Source: Alphaproteobacteria bacterium
GTDB lineage: Bacteria > Pseudomonadota > Alphaproteobacteria > Bin95
Length of the DNA: 64,000 nt
NCBI GenBank assembly: GCA_965202745.1
Contig: CBDBCB010000021.1
Location: 326,295-390,294, forward strand
Reading direction: 5' to 3'
Position 1 is the stretch's first letter, and the number at the start of each line of letters is the position of its first letter. Under the pieces are notes generated by a model. It made no database searches, was not told the origin of the DNA, and saw only the letters and a program-made list of their open reading frames with translations. This document shows positions 27,195-37,618 of the stretch, piece after piece. Made by a program: the position numbers and the translations under genes.

Positions 27195-28403
27195 ATGACA
27201 GTGGGGGCGGGGCCTATCCGCAAGCGGCACGTCTTTTTCCTGCACGGCTTCGACCCGCGCGGACCGGCGGCCTATCACAGCATGTACAGCCGCGAGGCCG
27301 CCAAGCAGGCAGCCCTCGACGGCGCAACCGTCAGCGTGAGCAAGCGTGAGAATGACGGCCCGCGCGCCTCTGCCTGGAATGTTGAGGCCAGCCATGACGG
27401 CCAGCAGACCGAAACCCGGTACGAGTTTCTGCGTTGGGACGACATTGTCCGCCGCCATTGGCCCAAGCGGAAATGGCCGCTGCTGGTCCTGATGATCGGC
27501 TACCTGCTGGCCTTCCGCGAGGCCCGCTTCCTCGGCATGCTGCGCCGCTCTGCGCGCCCCGCCTATCTGGCGATTTTCTTCCCGCCCATGCTGGTCGGCG
27601 CGTTCATCCTCGCCGGGCTGTTGCTGGCGGGGGGAGCCGCCTTCCTTGCTGTAAGCCTCGGCGCGCCTTGGTGGGGGTCGCTCCTGAGTTTCTTCGCAGT
27701 CTGTGCCGCCTGGGTCTTCGCCTGGGACCGGCTGGAGACGGCATGGAACCCCTGCTGGCTCGCCCGCGTCTTCGGCTTTCTGGTCGCCTGGGCCAAGGAC
27801 CGCATCGACGGCCTGGACGAGCGACACCGCTTCTTTGCCGAGCGCCTCGCTGCGGGCCTGGACGACCCGTCGCCGGACGAAATCCTGATCGTTGGCCATT
27901 CCATCGGCGCGCAGCACGCCATCAGCGCCCTGAACCGCCTGGAGGAAATGCGCCCGGGCTCGCTCGCCGATCCGCGCCTGAAACTCCTGACCCTCGGCCA
28001 GTGTATCCCGCTGCTGGCCCGGCTGCTGGGCGCAAAAGCATTCCGGGAAGACCTGGGCCGCCTGATCGTCGATCATCCGCTGGTCTGGGTGGATGTGACC
28101 TCGCCCGCCGACCCCGCCTCCTCCTGTGCCATCGATCCGCTGGCCGCCACCGACCGGATGCGCAGCGAGGGGCAGCCGGTGCATCCCATCCAGGTCTCGC
28201 CGCGGTTCCATCTGCTGATGCCGAAGGAGGCGTTTCAGAAGGTCCGGCGCGATCCGCTGCTGTTTCATTTCCAGTACCTGATGGCCCAGGAAATCGCCGG
28301 CCCTTACAATTTCTTCCGCCTGACCGCGGGCCCGAGGCCACTCTCCCCGCCCAGCGACCGCATCGGCTGGAGCCTGAATGCCGGGGAGGCAGACCCGCCG
28401 TGA
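27195..28403 (+). CDS. membrane protein with an alpha/beta-hydrolase-like GHSIG motif, unknown function
   Basis: HVFFLHGFDPRG at the N-terminus, four predicted TM segments, and IVGHSIGAQHA. Confidence 0.55.
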   Translation: MTVGAGPIRKRHVFFLHGFDPRGPAAYHSMYSREAAKQAALDGATVSVSKRENDGPRASAWNVEASHDGQQTETRYEFLRWDDIVRRHWPKRKWPLLVLMIGYLLAFREARFLGMLRRSARPAYLAIFFPPMLVGAFILAGLLLAGGAAFLAVSLGAPWWGSLLSFFAVCAAWVFAWDRLETAWNPCWLARVFGFLVAWAKDRIDGLDERHRFFAERLAAGLDDPSPDEILIVGHSIGAQHAISALNRLEEMRPGSLADPRLKLLTLGQCIPLLARLLGAKAFREDLGRLIVDHPLVWVDVTSPADPASSCAIDPLAATDRMRSEGQPVHPIQVSPRFHLLMPKEAFQKVRRDPLLFHFQYLMAQEIAGPYNFFRLTAGPRPLSPPSDRIGWSLNAGEADPP

Positions 28404-28432
28404 CCCGGTCCTCCGCCCCCTACATTCCGCCC

Positions 28433-29839
28433 ATGCCAAAGCCCACGCCGGGCCGCTTGCCCTTCCGCCAGCGCATCCAGAACGCGCTTCGCTCTGGCAT
28501 CGGCTTTTTCCAGGCGGGCGGCTACACGGTCCGCATCGGGCGGCACAAGATCCCGCGCCTGCCGGGCATGAAGCAGACCTACGCCTATTCCGTCCGCGAC
28601 CCAGCCGTGATGCGGGAGGTGCTGGTGGAGCGGCCCTTCGATTTCCCCAAAAGCCGCCTGATGTACAACATGCTGGCCCCGCTCACCGGCAACAGCATTT
28701 TCGTCTCCAATGGCGAGGTCTGGCGCAAGCAGCGCGCCATGATCGACTGCGCGTTCGAGCAGGCCGGCCTGCGCGACGTCTTCCCCAAGATGCGCGACGC
28801 CGCCGACGCCATGGTCCAACGCATGGATGCCGCTGTAGTCAAAGGCGGCCCGGTCGCCATCGATGCGGAGGCGACCCATGTTGCTGCCGACATCATCTTC
28901 CGCACCATTTTTTCAGAGCCCATCGCCCGCGAGACGGCGGACGATCTGTTCCAGTCGTTCGAGGAGTTCCAGGGCCTGGCCTATGCCCACGGCATGCTTT
29001 CGCTGGCCCGGCTGCCGCTCTGGCTGATGCCGGGCAGGCGCAAGGCGCGGCGGCTGGCGTTGCGGGTGCGGGCGGCGTTGGCCGTTCTGCTGGACAAACG
29101 CATTGCAGCGCGCGCTGCGGGCAAGCCGGTACCGCAGGACGATATCCTCGCGAGCCTGATCGAATCCGTCGATCCGGATACGGGCCAGCCGGTCAGCCGG
29201 GAGGAATTGCTCAACCAGATCGCCATGCTGTTCTTGGCGGGGCACGAGACCTCCGCCGCTGCGCTCGCCTGGTCGCTCTATCTGATCGCCCAATGCCCCG
29301 AAATCCAGGATCGCCTGCAAGCCGAAGCGCAAACCGTTCTGGCGAACCGTTTGGCGCAATACGGTGACATGCGCGATCTGCCCCTGACCCGTAATGTCTT
29401 CCAGGAGGCTTTAAGGCTTTATCCACCCGTCGCCATCATTGCCAGGGACGCCCGTTGCCCGGAGCACATGCGCAACCGGGAGATCGACCCCGGCTCCGTG
29501 CTCTTCGTGCAAACCTGGCTCTTGCAGCGCAACCGGGAGATTTGGCCGGAGGCCGATGCCTTTGATCCCGACCGCTGGTCCTGCCCCTATGCGAAGGAGG
29601 CCCAGCGCCAAGCCTATCTGCCTTTTAGCTTAGGCCCGCGCGTTTGTGTCGGCGCTGCCTTTGCGATGCAGGAGGCAGTGCTGGTGCTGGCGATGCTCTG
29701 CCGCCGCTACCGCTTTGCCCCAGTGCCGGATCAACCTGAGCCGGAGCCCGCTGCGCGCCTGACGCTCCGCTCCGCCAACGGCATCCGTTTGTCGGTGACC
29801 CGGCTTGATGAGCAGACCATCGGCAATCAGAAGGCGTAG
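28433..29839 (+). CDS. cytochrome P450
   Basis: Heme-thiolate loop FSLGPRVCVGAAFA, I-helix AGHETS, and EALRLYPP. An alternative GTG start at 28400 overlaps the upstream stop (GTGA). Confidence 0.9.
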   Translation: MPKPTPGRLPFRQRIQNALRSGIGFFQAGGYTVRIGRHKIPRLPGMKQTYAYSVRDPAVMREVLVERPFDFPKSRLMYNMLAPLTGNSIFVSNGEVWRKQRAMIDCAFEQAGLRDVFPKMRDAADAMVQRMDAAVVKGGPVAIDAEATHVAADIIFRTIFSEPIARETADDLFQSFEEFQGLAYAHGMLSLARLPLWLMPGRRKARRLALRVRAALAVLLDKRIAARAAGKPVPQDDILASLIESVDPDTGQPVSREELLNQIAMLFLAGHETSAAALAWSLYLIAQCPEIQDRLQAEAQTVLANRLAQYGDMRDLPLTRNVFQEALRLYPPVAIIARDARCPEHMRNREIDPGSVLFVQTWLLQRNREIWPEADAFDPDRWSCPYAKEAQRQAYLPFSLGPRVCVGAAFAMQEAVLVLAMLCRRYRFAPVPDQPEPEPAARLTLRSANGIRLSVTRLDEQTIGNQKA

Positions 29840-30462
29840 CCGAGCCGCACGCCCCACTGGTCCAGCCCCTCATTGTTATCGCACAGGTTGGCGTTGGAAA
29901 TGTGGTCACCATAGAACGACACGGAAACATCCTCCGTCACCCGGTAGCCAAAGCCAACCGACAGGTGAAACAGGGCATGGCAGCCAACCAGACGGCGCGT
30001 GTTCTTGTTCTCACCGGGTTGCAGATCGGTTTCGGTCAGCCGGTCCGCATTGTTCAGCGCGCCGCCAACGCTGGCCATCACAAACCAGTTGCCATAGACC
30101 GGCACGTCCCAGTTCAGACCGGCGTACACCACACTGATCCCATCAGCATCCGGTGCCAGATTGACGCCGATCTTGGGCCGTGGACTGAAGGCAAAGGACG
30201 GGAAATCCGGGCTGGGGAACAGCAGCTCGGCATTGACGGCATAGACATCGTTTCGCGGCCCGGCATCCAGCAGGAAGCCGGTATCGTGCCCCAGAATGCT
30301 GGCCCGGAACTCAAACCGCTCCGCCCAGGCTTCCATTTCTGACTTCTCGTCAGCGGCAAGCCCTCCGCTGGTGCTGGCGGCAATCGCCAATACCCCCAAT
30401 GCAATAGTCCGCATCAGGCCGCCGAAGCGGCCTCTGCCCCTTGTTCCAACCAGTTTTTTCAT
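29827..30462 (-). CDS. outer-membrane acyloxyacyl hydrolase / lipid A 3-O-deacylase (PagL)-like beta-barrel
   Basis: Signal peptide, HISN (HxSN) motif, and a C-terminal GVRLGYAF ending in Phe. Confidence 0.7.
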   Translation of the reverse strand: MKKLVGTRGRGRFGGLMRTIALGVLAIAASTSGGLAADEKSEMEAWAERFEFRASILGHDTGFLLDAGPRNDVYAVNAELLFPSPDFPSFAFSPRPKIGVNLAPDADGISVVYAGLNWDVPVYGNWFVMASVGGALNNADRLTETDLQPGENKNTRRLVGCHALFHLSVGFGYRVTEDVSVSFYGDHISNANLCDNNEGLDQWGVRLGYAF

Positions 30463-30681
30463 CTGAAAAGTGTCCCCTCGCGCTGCAGGTTGCACTGATC
30501 AACATGCCTTATCAGGGTGAGTGATAGCCAGGGAATTTGTCGGGGTGCAGCGCTTGATATTGGCGCATGGGGCATAAGCCGGGTCCGCCTGCCCCAAATG
30601 CATCGGGGACTTGACTCCGGCCGCCAAGTTGCTGCCTTGGTAGGTAATGTTTGTTAACAATCCCCTAAAGCTACCAGCGCC

Positions 30682-31257
30682 ATGAGCAGCCGTCTGATTA
30701 TCGGTGTGTCCGGCACCTCCGGCGTCATTTATGGCGTGCGTTTGCTGGAACTGCTGCGCAGCCAGCCGGTGGAAACCCATTTGGTGATGACGCGCTCAGC
30801 CCAGATCACCCTTGCCCACGAGACCGACTACAAGGTCTCGCAGGTGCAGGCGCTGGCAGACCGCAGTCACAGTCCGGACGACATCGCCGCCGCCATTGCC
30901 AGCGGTTCATTCCGTACCAACGGCATGATCGTGGCGCCATGTTCCATGCGTTCCCTGGCGGAGATCGCCTATGGCAACACTACTCACCTGCTGACCCGCG
31001 CTGCCGATGTTGTGTTGAAGGAACGCCGCCGCCTGGTCTTGCTGCCGCGCGAAACGCCGCTGCACCTTGGCCACTTGCGTGCCATGACGGCGGTAACCGA
31101 GGCGGGCGCGATCATCGCCCCGCCGGTCCCGGCCTTCTACGCTAAGCCCGCAAGCATTGCCGAGATGGTGGATTACACGTTGGTCCGTGCCCTGGACCTG
31201 TTCGATTTTAGCTCCGACCTCGATCTCGGCCCTGCCAATCGTTGGAAGGGCGGATGA
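30682..31257 (+). CDS. ubiX: flavin prenyltransferase UbiX
   Basis: IIGVSGTSGVIYGVRLLE...MIVAPCSMRSLAEIAYG flavoprotein pattern. Confidence 0.85.
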   Translation: MSSRLIIGVSGTSGVIYGVRLLELLRSQPVETHLVMTRSAQITLAHETDYKVSQVQALADRSHSPDDIAAAIASGSFRTNGMIVAPCSMRSLAEIAYGNTTHLLTRAADVVLKERRRLVLLPRETPLHLGHLRAMTAVTEAGAIIAPPVPAFYAKPASIAEMVDYTLVRALDLFDFSSDLDLGPANRWKGG

Positions 31258-31703
31258 GCGGCGACGTAGCGGGCACAGGCCCGAAACTGCATATTATCAA
31301 GCTGTCGGTTGGCACCGGCAGTATAGAGGATCTGGCCCGCTGGCAGGATTTCCGGCGTCAGGAAACCGGGCTGGACTACAACCGCCATCTGACCCGCAAC
31401 TTTCCCCGGCGCGGGGCAGAGATTCTGGCGTCCGGCGGCTGTATGTATTGGGTGATTAAAGGCGTGATCCTGGCTCGCCAGCGCATCATTGATTTTCAGG
31501 CCATTGAGAATGCGGAGGCTGGCCGCCGCTGCGCCATCTGTCTTGATCCGGAACTGATCCCGACGGCACCGCGCGCCCACCGCCCTTTTCAGGGCTGGCG
31601 CTACTACAAGCCCGAAGACGCCCCGCCCGACCTCGATGGCAGCGGTACCGACGTCCTGCCGCCAGAACTGGCGGAAGAGTTGCGGGTGCTGGGCTTGCTT
31701 TAA
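31254..31703 (+). CDS. conserved hypothetical protein (DUF1489-like), start overlaps the ubiX stop (ATGA)
   Basis: KLHIIKLSVGTGSIEDLARWQ.... The DUF assignment is from memory. Confidence 0.5.
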   Translation: MSGDVAGTGPKLHIIKLSVGTGSIEDLARWQDFRRQETGLDYNRHLTRNFPRRGAEILASGGCMYWVIKGVILARQRIIDFQAIENAEAGRRCAICLDPELIPTAPRAHRPFQGWRYYKPEDAPPDLDGSGTDVLPPELAEELRVLGLL

Positions 31704-31741
31704 ACAGCGGAAGGGAAGCGCTCAATGCTCCCCGCTAACCG

Positions 31742-32245
31742 CTAATTCTGGGTATTAACTTTGAAACTCGGCGCTTCAAATTTCACTTGGTGGGCGAAAT
31801 TTTTACCGTCGGAGATAGTGATCTGCTCAAAGCCCAGCATGTAGCAGAGGTCGAAAAAGGTGAACTGGTCGTCGCGGTCGAACTCGGCGAATAGCGGCGT
31901 CTGCCGGGCCAGCGAGGTGAGAGCGGCAAACAGCGCCTGGGCCCGGAACACCGTGTCGTAAAAGCCATCCTGCATCGCAACGATGATCAGCTTCTCTGCC
32001 TCACTGCCCTTGGCGAACATGGCATAGGTAGTCAGGTAAGGTTCGTCAGCGATTTCCCGGATGATGCCGGTGACGAAATCCCGCCGTCGCTTGCGGTCAT
32101 TGCCGTCCAGTATCGGCGCGCGGGCGGTGTAGGCCTCGTTTGATGTCGGCTCCGGGTAGTAGTAGCCAGCGTGCCGGTCACCGGCAGCGGCGGGCAAAGA
32201 CCAGGCCAGGGCGGCGGCAATCAGCATCAGGCGGATGACAGGCAT
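31742..32245 (-). CDS. secreted hypothetical protein
   Basis: Signal peptide MPVIRLMLIAAALAWSLPAAAG. No recognised domain. Confidence 0.5.
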   Translation of the reverse strand: MPVIRLMLIAAALAWSLPAAAGDRHAGYYYPEPTSNEAYTARAPILDGNDRKRRRDFVTGIIREIADEPYLTTYAMFAKGSEAEKLIIVAMQDGFYDTVFRAQALFAALTSLARQTPLFAEFDRDDQFTFFDLCYMLGFEQITISDGKNFAHQVKFEAPSFKVNTQN

Positions 32246-32391
32246 CGGGCGGTTCTCCTCGTTTCTGGCATAGGCAAGCCATTGCTGGACGGCTCTGTCA
32301 ATTGCCGTGGGGAAACGCGCCTTGACAGCACCTCTCTCTGGGGGTTGCTTGAGTGTCATAAATCTGAAGAATCCAAGGAAATCCGCCAGCC

Positions 32392-33570
32392 GTGTCCCGT
32401 CAAACTGTTATTGTCGGTGTCTCCGACGCGCTATTGCATGAGCGCGGCCGCGCCTTGCCGGGCACGCATGTGCTCAACATGCAGCTCGATTGTGCCAACG
32501 AAGCCCTTGCTGAAGCAGGCCTGACCATGGCCGACGTGGACGGCCCGGCCGTTGCCGGCATGTGGGGGATGCCGGGACCAGGTGCCATGCAGCCGAACCT
32601 GCTGGCCGAATATCTAGGTATCCGCTTCCCTAAGTATCTGGATGGCACCAATGTCGGCGGCTCTGCTTTCGTGCTTCATGCGGGCCATGCTTACTAGATG
32701 ATCAAGGCTGGCGTTTGTGACACGGTGCTGATCCTCTATGGCTCCATGCAGAAATCGCAGTCCGCCCGCTCGCTCGGCAGCCGTCCGGCGCTGTTCTCGA
32801 ACCAGTGGGACATGGTGGCAGGCCTTCCCTCACCAGCAGGCGCCTACGCTATGGCAGCCAACAGGCACGCGCATGTCTATGGCTCAACCCGCGAGACCCT
32901 GGCGGAAATCGCGGTGGCCACCCGCGCCTGGGCCGGGCTGAATCCCAACGCGGCCTTCCAGGACCCCATGACCTTGGACGATGTGCTGAACGCCGCCCCC
33001 ATCGTCGATCCGCTCGGCCGGTTCGACTGCTGTCTGGTGACCAATGGCGGCGGCGCTGTAATGATGACCACGGAAGAACGGGCCCGCGACCTGAAACAGA
33101 AACCCGTCTAAGTGCTGGGCCATGGCGAGAGTGCCAACCACGTCAACATCAACTACATGCCGAACATGGCGCATCTGGAAGTGGCGGAGCATTCCTCCCG
33201 CCGTGCCTATGCCCAGGCCGGACGCGGCTCCCAGGACATGGATATGGCCATGCTCTATGACAGCTTCACCATCACGGTGCTGCTGACCATGGAAGCGCTG
33301 GGCCTGTGCAAACTCGGGGAAGGCAAGGACTTCGTTAAAGGCCAGCGCACTGCGCCCGGTGGCGAGTTCCCCATGAACACCAATGGCGGCGGCCTAAGCT
33401 ACTGTCACCCCGGCATGTACGGTATTTTCCTGCTGATCGAAGCGACGCGCCAGCTGCGTGGCGAATGCGGACCCCGGCAGCTGGGCAACATCACCAACGC
33501 TGTCTGCCACGGCACCGGTGGCGTGCTTTCGTCAGGCGCTACCGTCGTTCTCTCGAACACCAAAGACTAA
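32392..33570 (+). pseudogene. SCP-x-type thiolase (acetyl-CoA acyltransferase family) interrupted by two in-frame stops (TAG 32695-32697, TAA 33109-33111)
   Basis: Three consecutive ORFs in the same frame, separated only by single stop codons, are collinear with a ~393-aa thiolase. The sites fall where Q or Y would be expected. Confidence 0.8.
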
Positions 33571-33583
33571 GGGAGCCAAAGTG

Positions 33584-33988
33584 ATGACCTACAACAAACC
33601 GGTTCCCAGCATCGATCCCGACAGCGAGCCTTACTGGGAAGCCGCGAAAGAGGGCCGCCTGATGATCCAGCGCTGCAATGCTACGGGCCAGACGTTCCTC
33701 TACAGCCGCCAGCTCACCCCCGGCGTGGTCGAGAGCGAGGTAGAATGGATTGAAGCCAGCGGCCGCGGCACCATCTATTCTTTTACTGTTGCCCGCCGTC
33801 CGGCAGGGCAGGCATTCCAGGGCGATTGCCCCTATGTCATCGTGTCCGTAGAACTGGAAGAAGGCGCGCGCGTTATGTCCAACCTGGTCACCGACGATCC
33901 GGACAGCGTCGCCATCGGCCAAGCAGTCAAGGTGGTGTTCGATGCCGTCTCGGAAGAGCTGACCATCCCGAAATTCCAGCGGGTCTAA
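33584..33988 (+). CDS. DUF35 OB-fold / Zn-ribbon protein (thiolase partner)
   Basis: 134 aa with SD AAGGGAG. DUF35 proteins typically pair with SCP-x thiolases. Confidence 0.75.
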   Translation: MTYNKPVPSIDPDSEPYWEAAKEGRLMIQRCNATGQTFLYSRQLTPGVVESEVEWIEASGRGTIYSFTVARRPAGQAFQGDCPYVIVSVELEEGARVMSNLVTDDPDSVAIGQAVKVVFDAVSEELTIPKFQRV

Positions 33989-34031
33989 AACGCCGGTATC
34001 AGTTCAAACGCGGAACAGGAAATAACGCTGA

Positions 34032-35021
34032 ATGTGGAAACGGCTTGCCCATATCGCTGGCTTGCTGATCGGCCTGGGCATCTTTTGTGCAGCCATCTGG
34101 GTGATATGGAAACAGGTCGAGGTTCTGGAGTACGATGCGGTCGTCGCGCAGATTCACGCCCTTTCGCCAGTCAACCTGTTGCTGGCGCTCATATGCACTG
34201 CGGGCGCGTATGTTACTCTATCGATCTACGACTTGACGGCCTTCCAGTATATCCGGCGGCAGATGCAATTCGTGCGCATCATGATGGTGTCGTTCATTGC
34301 TTATGCATTCAGCCACAATCTGGGCTTTGGCGCGCTGACCGGCAATTCGATCCGTTACCGCTTTTACATGCATTGGCAGATCTCGCTGATTGACATCACC
34401 AAGGTCGTGGTGTTTGGCGGCACCGCCTATGTCCTGGGTATCTTTGCCGTTGCGGGTGTGCTGATCCTGATCAACGCCGACGCTTTGGCCTTGGCGATAA
34501 AGGTGCCGAAACAGTCCGCGTATTTGATCGGGGCCGGCGCGGTGATCGGGAGCAGCGTTTACCTTTTCTGGAGCCTGTTGCAGCGGCCCACCATCAGCCT
34601 GAAGGGTGTGTCCCTGCCGCCGCCTGGTATCTGGATCGTGTTGACCCAGTTTGGCGCTGCGGCGGTGGAGTGGGGTTTTGCTGCGGGAGCGTTGTACTTC
34701 CTTCTGCCGGAACACGAGGCGCTGGGCTATTGGCATTTTATCGGCGTGTTCGTGATTGCCTATATCAGCGGCATGCTGAGCCAGGTGCCCGGTGGTCTGG
34801 GCGTGTTCGAGGCGGTTCTGCTGTTGCTCCTGCCCGAGCAGATCGGTCGGGAAACCATCGTTGCCGCCGTGATCACCTATCGCGCCGTCTATTACCTGCT
34901 GCCGCTATTGGTCGCCACTCTGTTGATGGCCAGTGCAGAAGTTACCATCCATGGCCGCCTGGCCACCCGCTGGGCCTGGTGGCGGCGCACCCGCCGCCGG
35001 CGCGACGACCCGGGCCTTTAA
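34032..35021 (+). CDS. UPF0104 / lysylphosphatidylglycerol-synthase-TM-region-like (flippase-like) membrane protein
   Basis: 329 aa, about 8 TM helices, and an Arg-rich C-terminal tail. Confidence 0.65.
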   Translation: MWKRLAHIAGLLIGLGIFCAAIWVIWKQVEVLEYDAVVAQIHALSPVNLLLALICTAGAYVTLSIYDLTAFQYIRRQMQFVRIMMVSFIAYAFSHNLGFGALTGNSIRYRFYMHWQISLIDITKVVVFGGTAYVLGIFAVAGVLILINADALALAIKVPKQSAYLIGAGAVIGSSVYLFWSLLQRPTISLKGVSLPPPGIWIVLTQFGAAAVEWGFAAGALYFLLPEHEALGYWHFIGVFVIAYISGMLSQVPGGLGVFEAVLLLLLPEQIGRETIVAAVITYRAVYYLLPLLVATLLMASAEVTIHGRLATRWAWWRRTRRRRDDPGL

Positions 35022-35213
35022 CGTTCAGCGGATCCCTCAACAGGCTCTGAGCGATGCGGTTTTGCTAGTTGGCTGATTCACTATGTTGGTGGTTCGATGG
35101 AGCCACTAAGCAGTGAACGGCGGAGCAATACTCGGCCACGGTAGCGGCAGCGTTGTGTTGTCGCGGGCGGCGTAAAAGTCGGCCACTTTTGTCCTTTCAA
35201 TTAATGGGAGGGC

Positions 35214-36727
35214 TTGGGGATATTCACCGTGGAATTGTATTTGAAGGTTCGCCACGCTCACTTTGAGGAAGGTTTGAGGGGGCGTCAGATTGCGCGGGAT
35301 TTTGGGATCAGCCGGGACAGTGTTTCAAAGATGTTGGCGTATTCTGAGCCGCCTGGTTATCGGCGTACGGCACCGATCAAACGACCAAAGCTTGATCCTT
35401 ATACCGAGCAGAGTGACCAGTGGTTGGCGGAAGACAAGGCCCGGCCTCGCAAACAGCGCCACACAGCCAACCGTATCTTTGAGCGGCTACGCGACGAATG
35501 CGCATTTGATGGTGGCTACACGATTGTCAAAGACTATGTGCGTTCGCCAAAGCGTGGCTCACGGGAGATGTTTGTGCCCTTGAGCCATCCCCCAGGGCAT
35601 GGGCAGGCGGACTTTGGCGAAGCGTTGGTTGGTATCGGCGGGGTTGAGCAGAAGGCCTACTTCTTTGCCCTTGATCTGCCGCATAGCGATGCGTGCTACA
35701 TCCGCGCGTATCCTGCGGCGAACACTGAAGCCTGGCTTGATGGGCATGTGCCCGCCTTTGCCTTCTTCGGCGCTGTACCGCGCTCAATCCTTTACGATAA
35801 GGATCGCTGCCTTGTGGCCAAGATCATGCCAGATGGCACCCGCAATCGTACGCAGCGGTTCCGTGCGATGCTATCTCACTACGTGATTGGGGAGAGGTAT
35901 GGTCGCCCCGGCAAGGGCAACGATAAAGGCAAGGGTGAGGGGCTGGTTGGTTACGGGCGTCGCAACTTCATGGTTCCAATGCCGCGGTTCGCGAACTGGG
36001 ATGCGTTCAACGACTATCTTGAAGAACAATGCCGCAAACGGCAGGCTGACATTCTGCGTGGCCACAAGATCAGCATCGGTGAACGACTGGGCGCTGATCT
36101 GGCGGCGATGCGCACCCTGCCAGCCGCGCCCTTTGAAGCTTGTGATCTGCAGAGCGGCTAGGTCACATCAACATCCCAAGGACGATTGCGTGGCAACGAT
36201 TACTCAGGGCCGGTTGCCTATGGCCACCGCGAGGGTTGGATCATTGGATCAAGGGCTTCGGTGACCGCGTCGTCATCGGGTGCGCCACCGAAGTCATCGC
36301 GGACCATCCCCGCTGCTATGACACGGGCGACATGATGTTCGATCCGGTACACTACCTGCCTCTCATCGAGCGCAAGATCATGTCCTTTGATCCAGCCACG
36401 CCATTGCAAGGCTGGGACTTGCCTGACGCGTTCCAAACCCTCCAACGATTATTGGAAGCCCGGCAGGGCAAGGCCGGAAAGCGGGAATATGTTCAGGTAC
36501 TGCGGCGGCTGGAGCGCTTTGAGCTGGAGGTTTTGCATCTGGCAATCAAAGACGCACTGCAGATGAGGGCGGTCAGCTTTGACGCAATCAAACACTTATT
36601 GCTTTGCCGGGTCGAGAGACGACCACCGAGACTGGATCTGGATGTTTACCCGTTCCTGCCCAGAACCAATATCGCAACAAGGGCGGCATCATCCTACATG
36701 AGCTTGCTGGCGGGAGATAGCGCATGA
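35214..36727 (+). pseudogene. istA: IS21-family transposase IstA, frameshifted between 36161 and 36236
   Basis: The N-terminal HTH and DDE region is at 35214-36161. The C-terminal region is at 36236-36727 in another frame. Confidence 0.8.
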
Positions 36728-37482
36728 GCGATGCTCCAGAACTGCTTTTGGCGAACCACCTCAAACCTCTGCGCTTGCCAACCTTCTTGCGCGCGCATGA
36801 TAAGCAGGCCCGCATCTGCGCCGCCGAAGGTGTAGATCATGGGCGCTATCTGGCGCGGTTGACGGAATTGGAACTGATCGACCGTGAACGGCGTATGGTT
36901 GAGCGCCGGATCAAATCGGCAAAGTTCCCGGCCGTCAAAAGCCTTGATAGCTTCGACTTCAAAGCGATCCCCAGCCTGAACAAGATGATGGTGCTGGCAC
37001 TGGCGCGCGGCGAATGGATCGAGCGCAAGGAGAACGTCATCGCTCTTGGCCCGTCAGGAACCGGCAAAACCCCCGTCGCCCTCGGGCTGGGTCTGGCCGC
37101 CTGCCAGAAGGGTATGCCGGTCAGCTTCGTCACTGCCGCCTCTCTCGTGCATGAGTTGATGGAAGCCAGAGATGAGAAACGCCTGCTGCGATTGCAACGC
37201 CAATTGGCCAAGGTCAAGCTGCTGATCATTGATGAATTGGGGTTCGTGCCGCTGAGCAAAACCGGGGCAGAACTGTTGTTCGAACTGATATCGCAGCGTT
37301 ACGAGCGCGGCTCAACACTGATCACCAGTAATCTGCCGTTCGAGGAATGGACAGAACCCTTCGGCACAGAACGCCTGACAGGTGCCTTGCTGGACCGGCT
37401 GACCCATCATGGGAATATCCTGGAGATGAATGGCGAAAGTTACCGCCTCAACCAAAGCAAATCCCGCCGCCCCAGAAGCTAA
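36724..37482 (+). CDS. istB: IS21-family helper ATPase IstB
   Basis: Walker A GPSGTGKT, Walker B LLIIDELG. Confidence 0.9.
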   Translation: MSDAPELLLANHLKPLRLPTFLRAHDKQARICAAEGVDHGRYLARLTELELIDRERRMVERRIKSAKFPAVKSLDSFDFKAIPSLNKMMVLALARGEWIERKENVIALGPSGTGKTPVALGLGLAACQKGMPVSFVTAASLVHELMEARDEKRLLRLQRQLAKVKLLIIDELGFVPLSKTGAELLFELISQRYERGSTLITSNLPFEEWTEPFGTERLTGALLDRLTHHGNILEMNGESYRLNQSKSRRPRS

Positions 37483-37618
37483 TCATCATCTGATTGGCCT
37501 AACGGCCAACGCGCCTCGGAACGTGCTTGCTATTTGAGGGCATCACGCCACAAGGCGCGGTGCCAAGGGGCCGACTTTTGCGCCGCCCCAGTGGCAGGTT
37601 TTTACGCCGCCGTTGACA

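Larger units (their letters stand above)
35159..37618 (+). mobile_element. IS21-family element (2460 bp) inserted at the 3' end of an IS3-family orfB
   Basis: Ends TGTCGCGGGCGGCGTAAAAG... / ...CTTTTTACGCCGCCGTTGACA (inverted match). Carries istA and istB. Confidence 0.8.

Noticed and set aside
26046-28439. 797-aa ORF on the minus strand, plus other very long antisense ORFs (80-889, 4132-5211, 14235-15314, 23077-24258, 46095-47648, 57654-59495, 18915-20018)
   Set aside because: They lie antisense to well-supported genes, are Arg/Ala/Gly-rich and low-complexity, and lack any domain pattern. They are typical stop-codon-poor artefacts of high-GC DNA.
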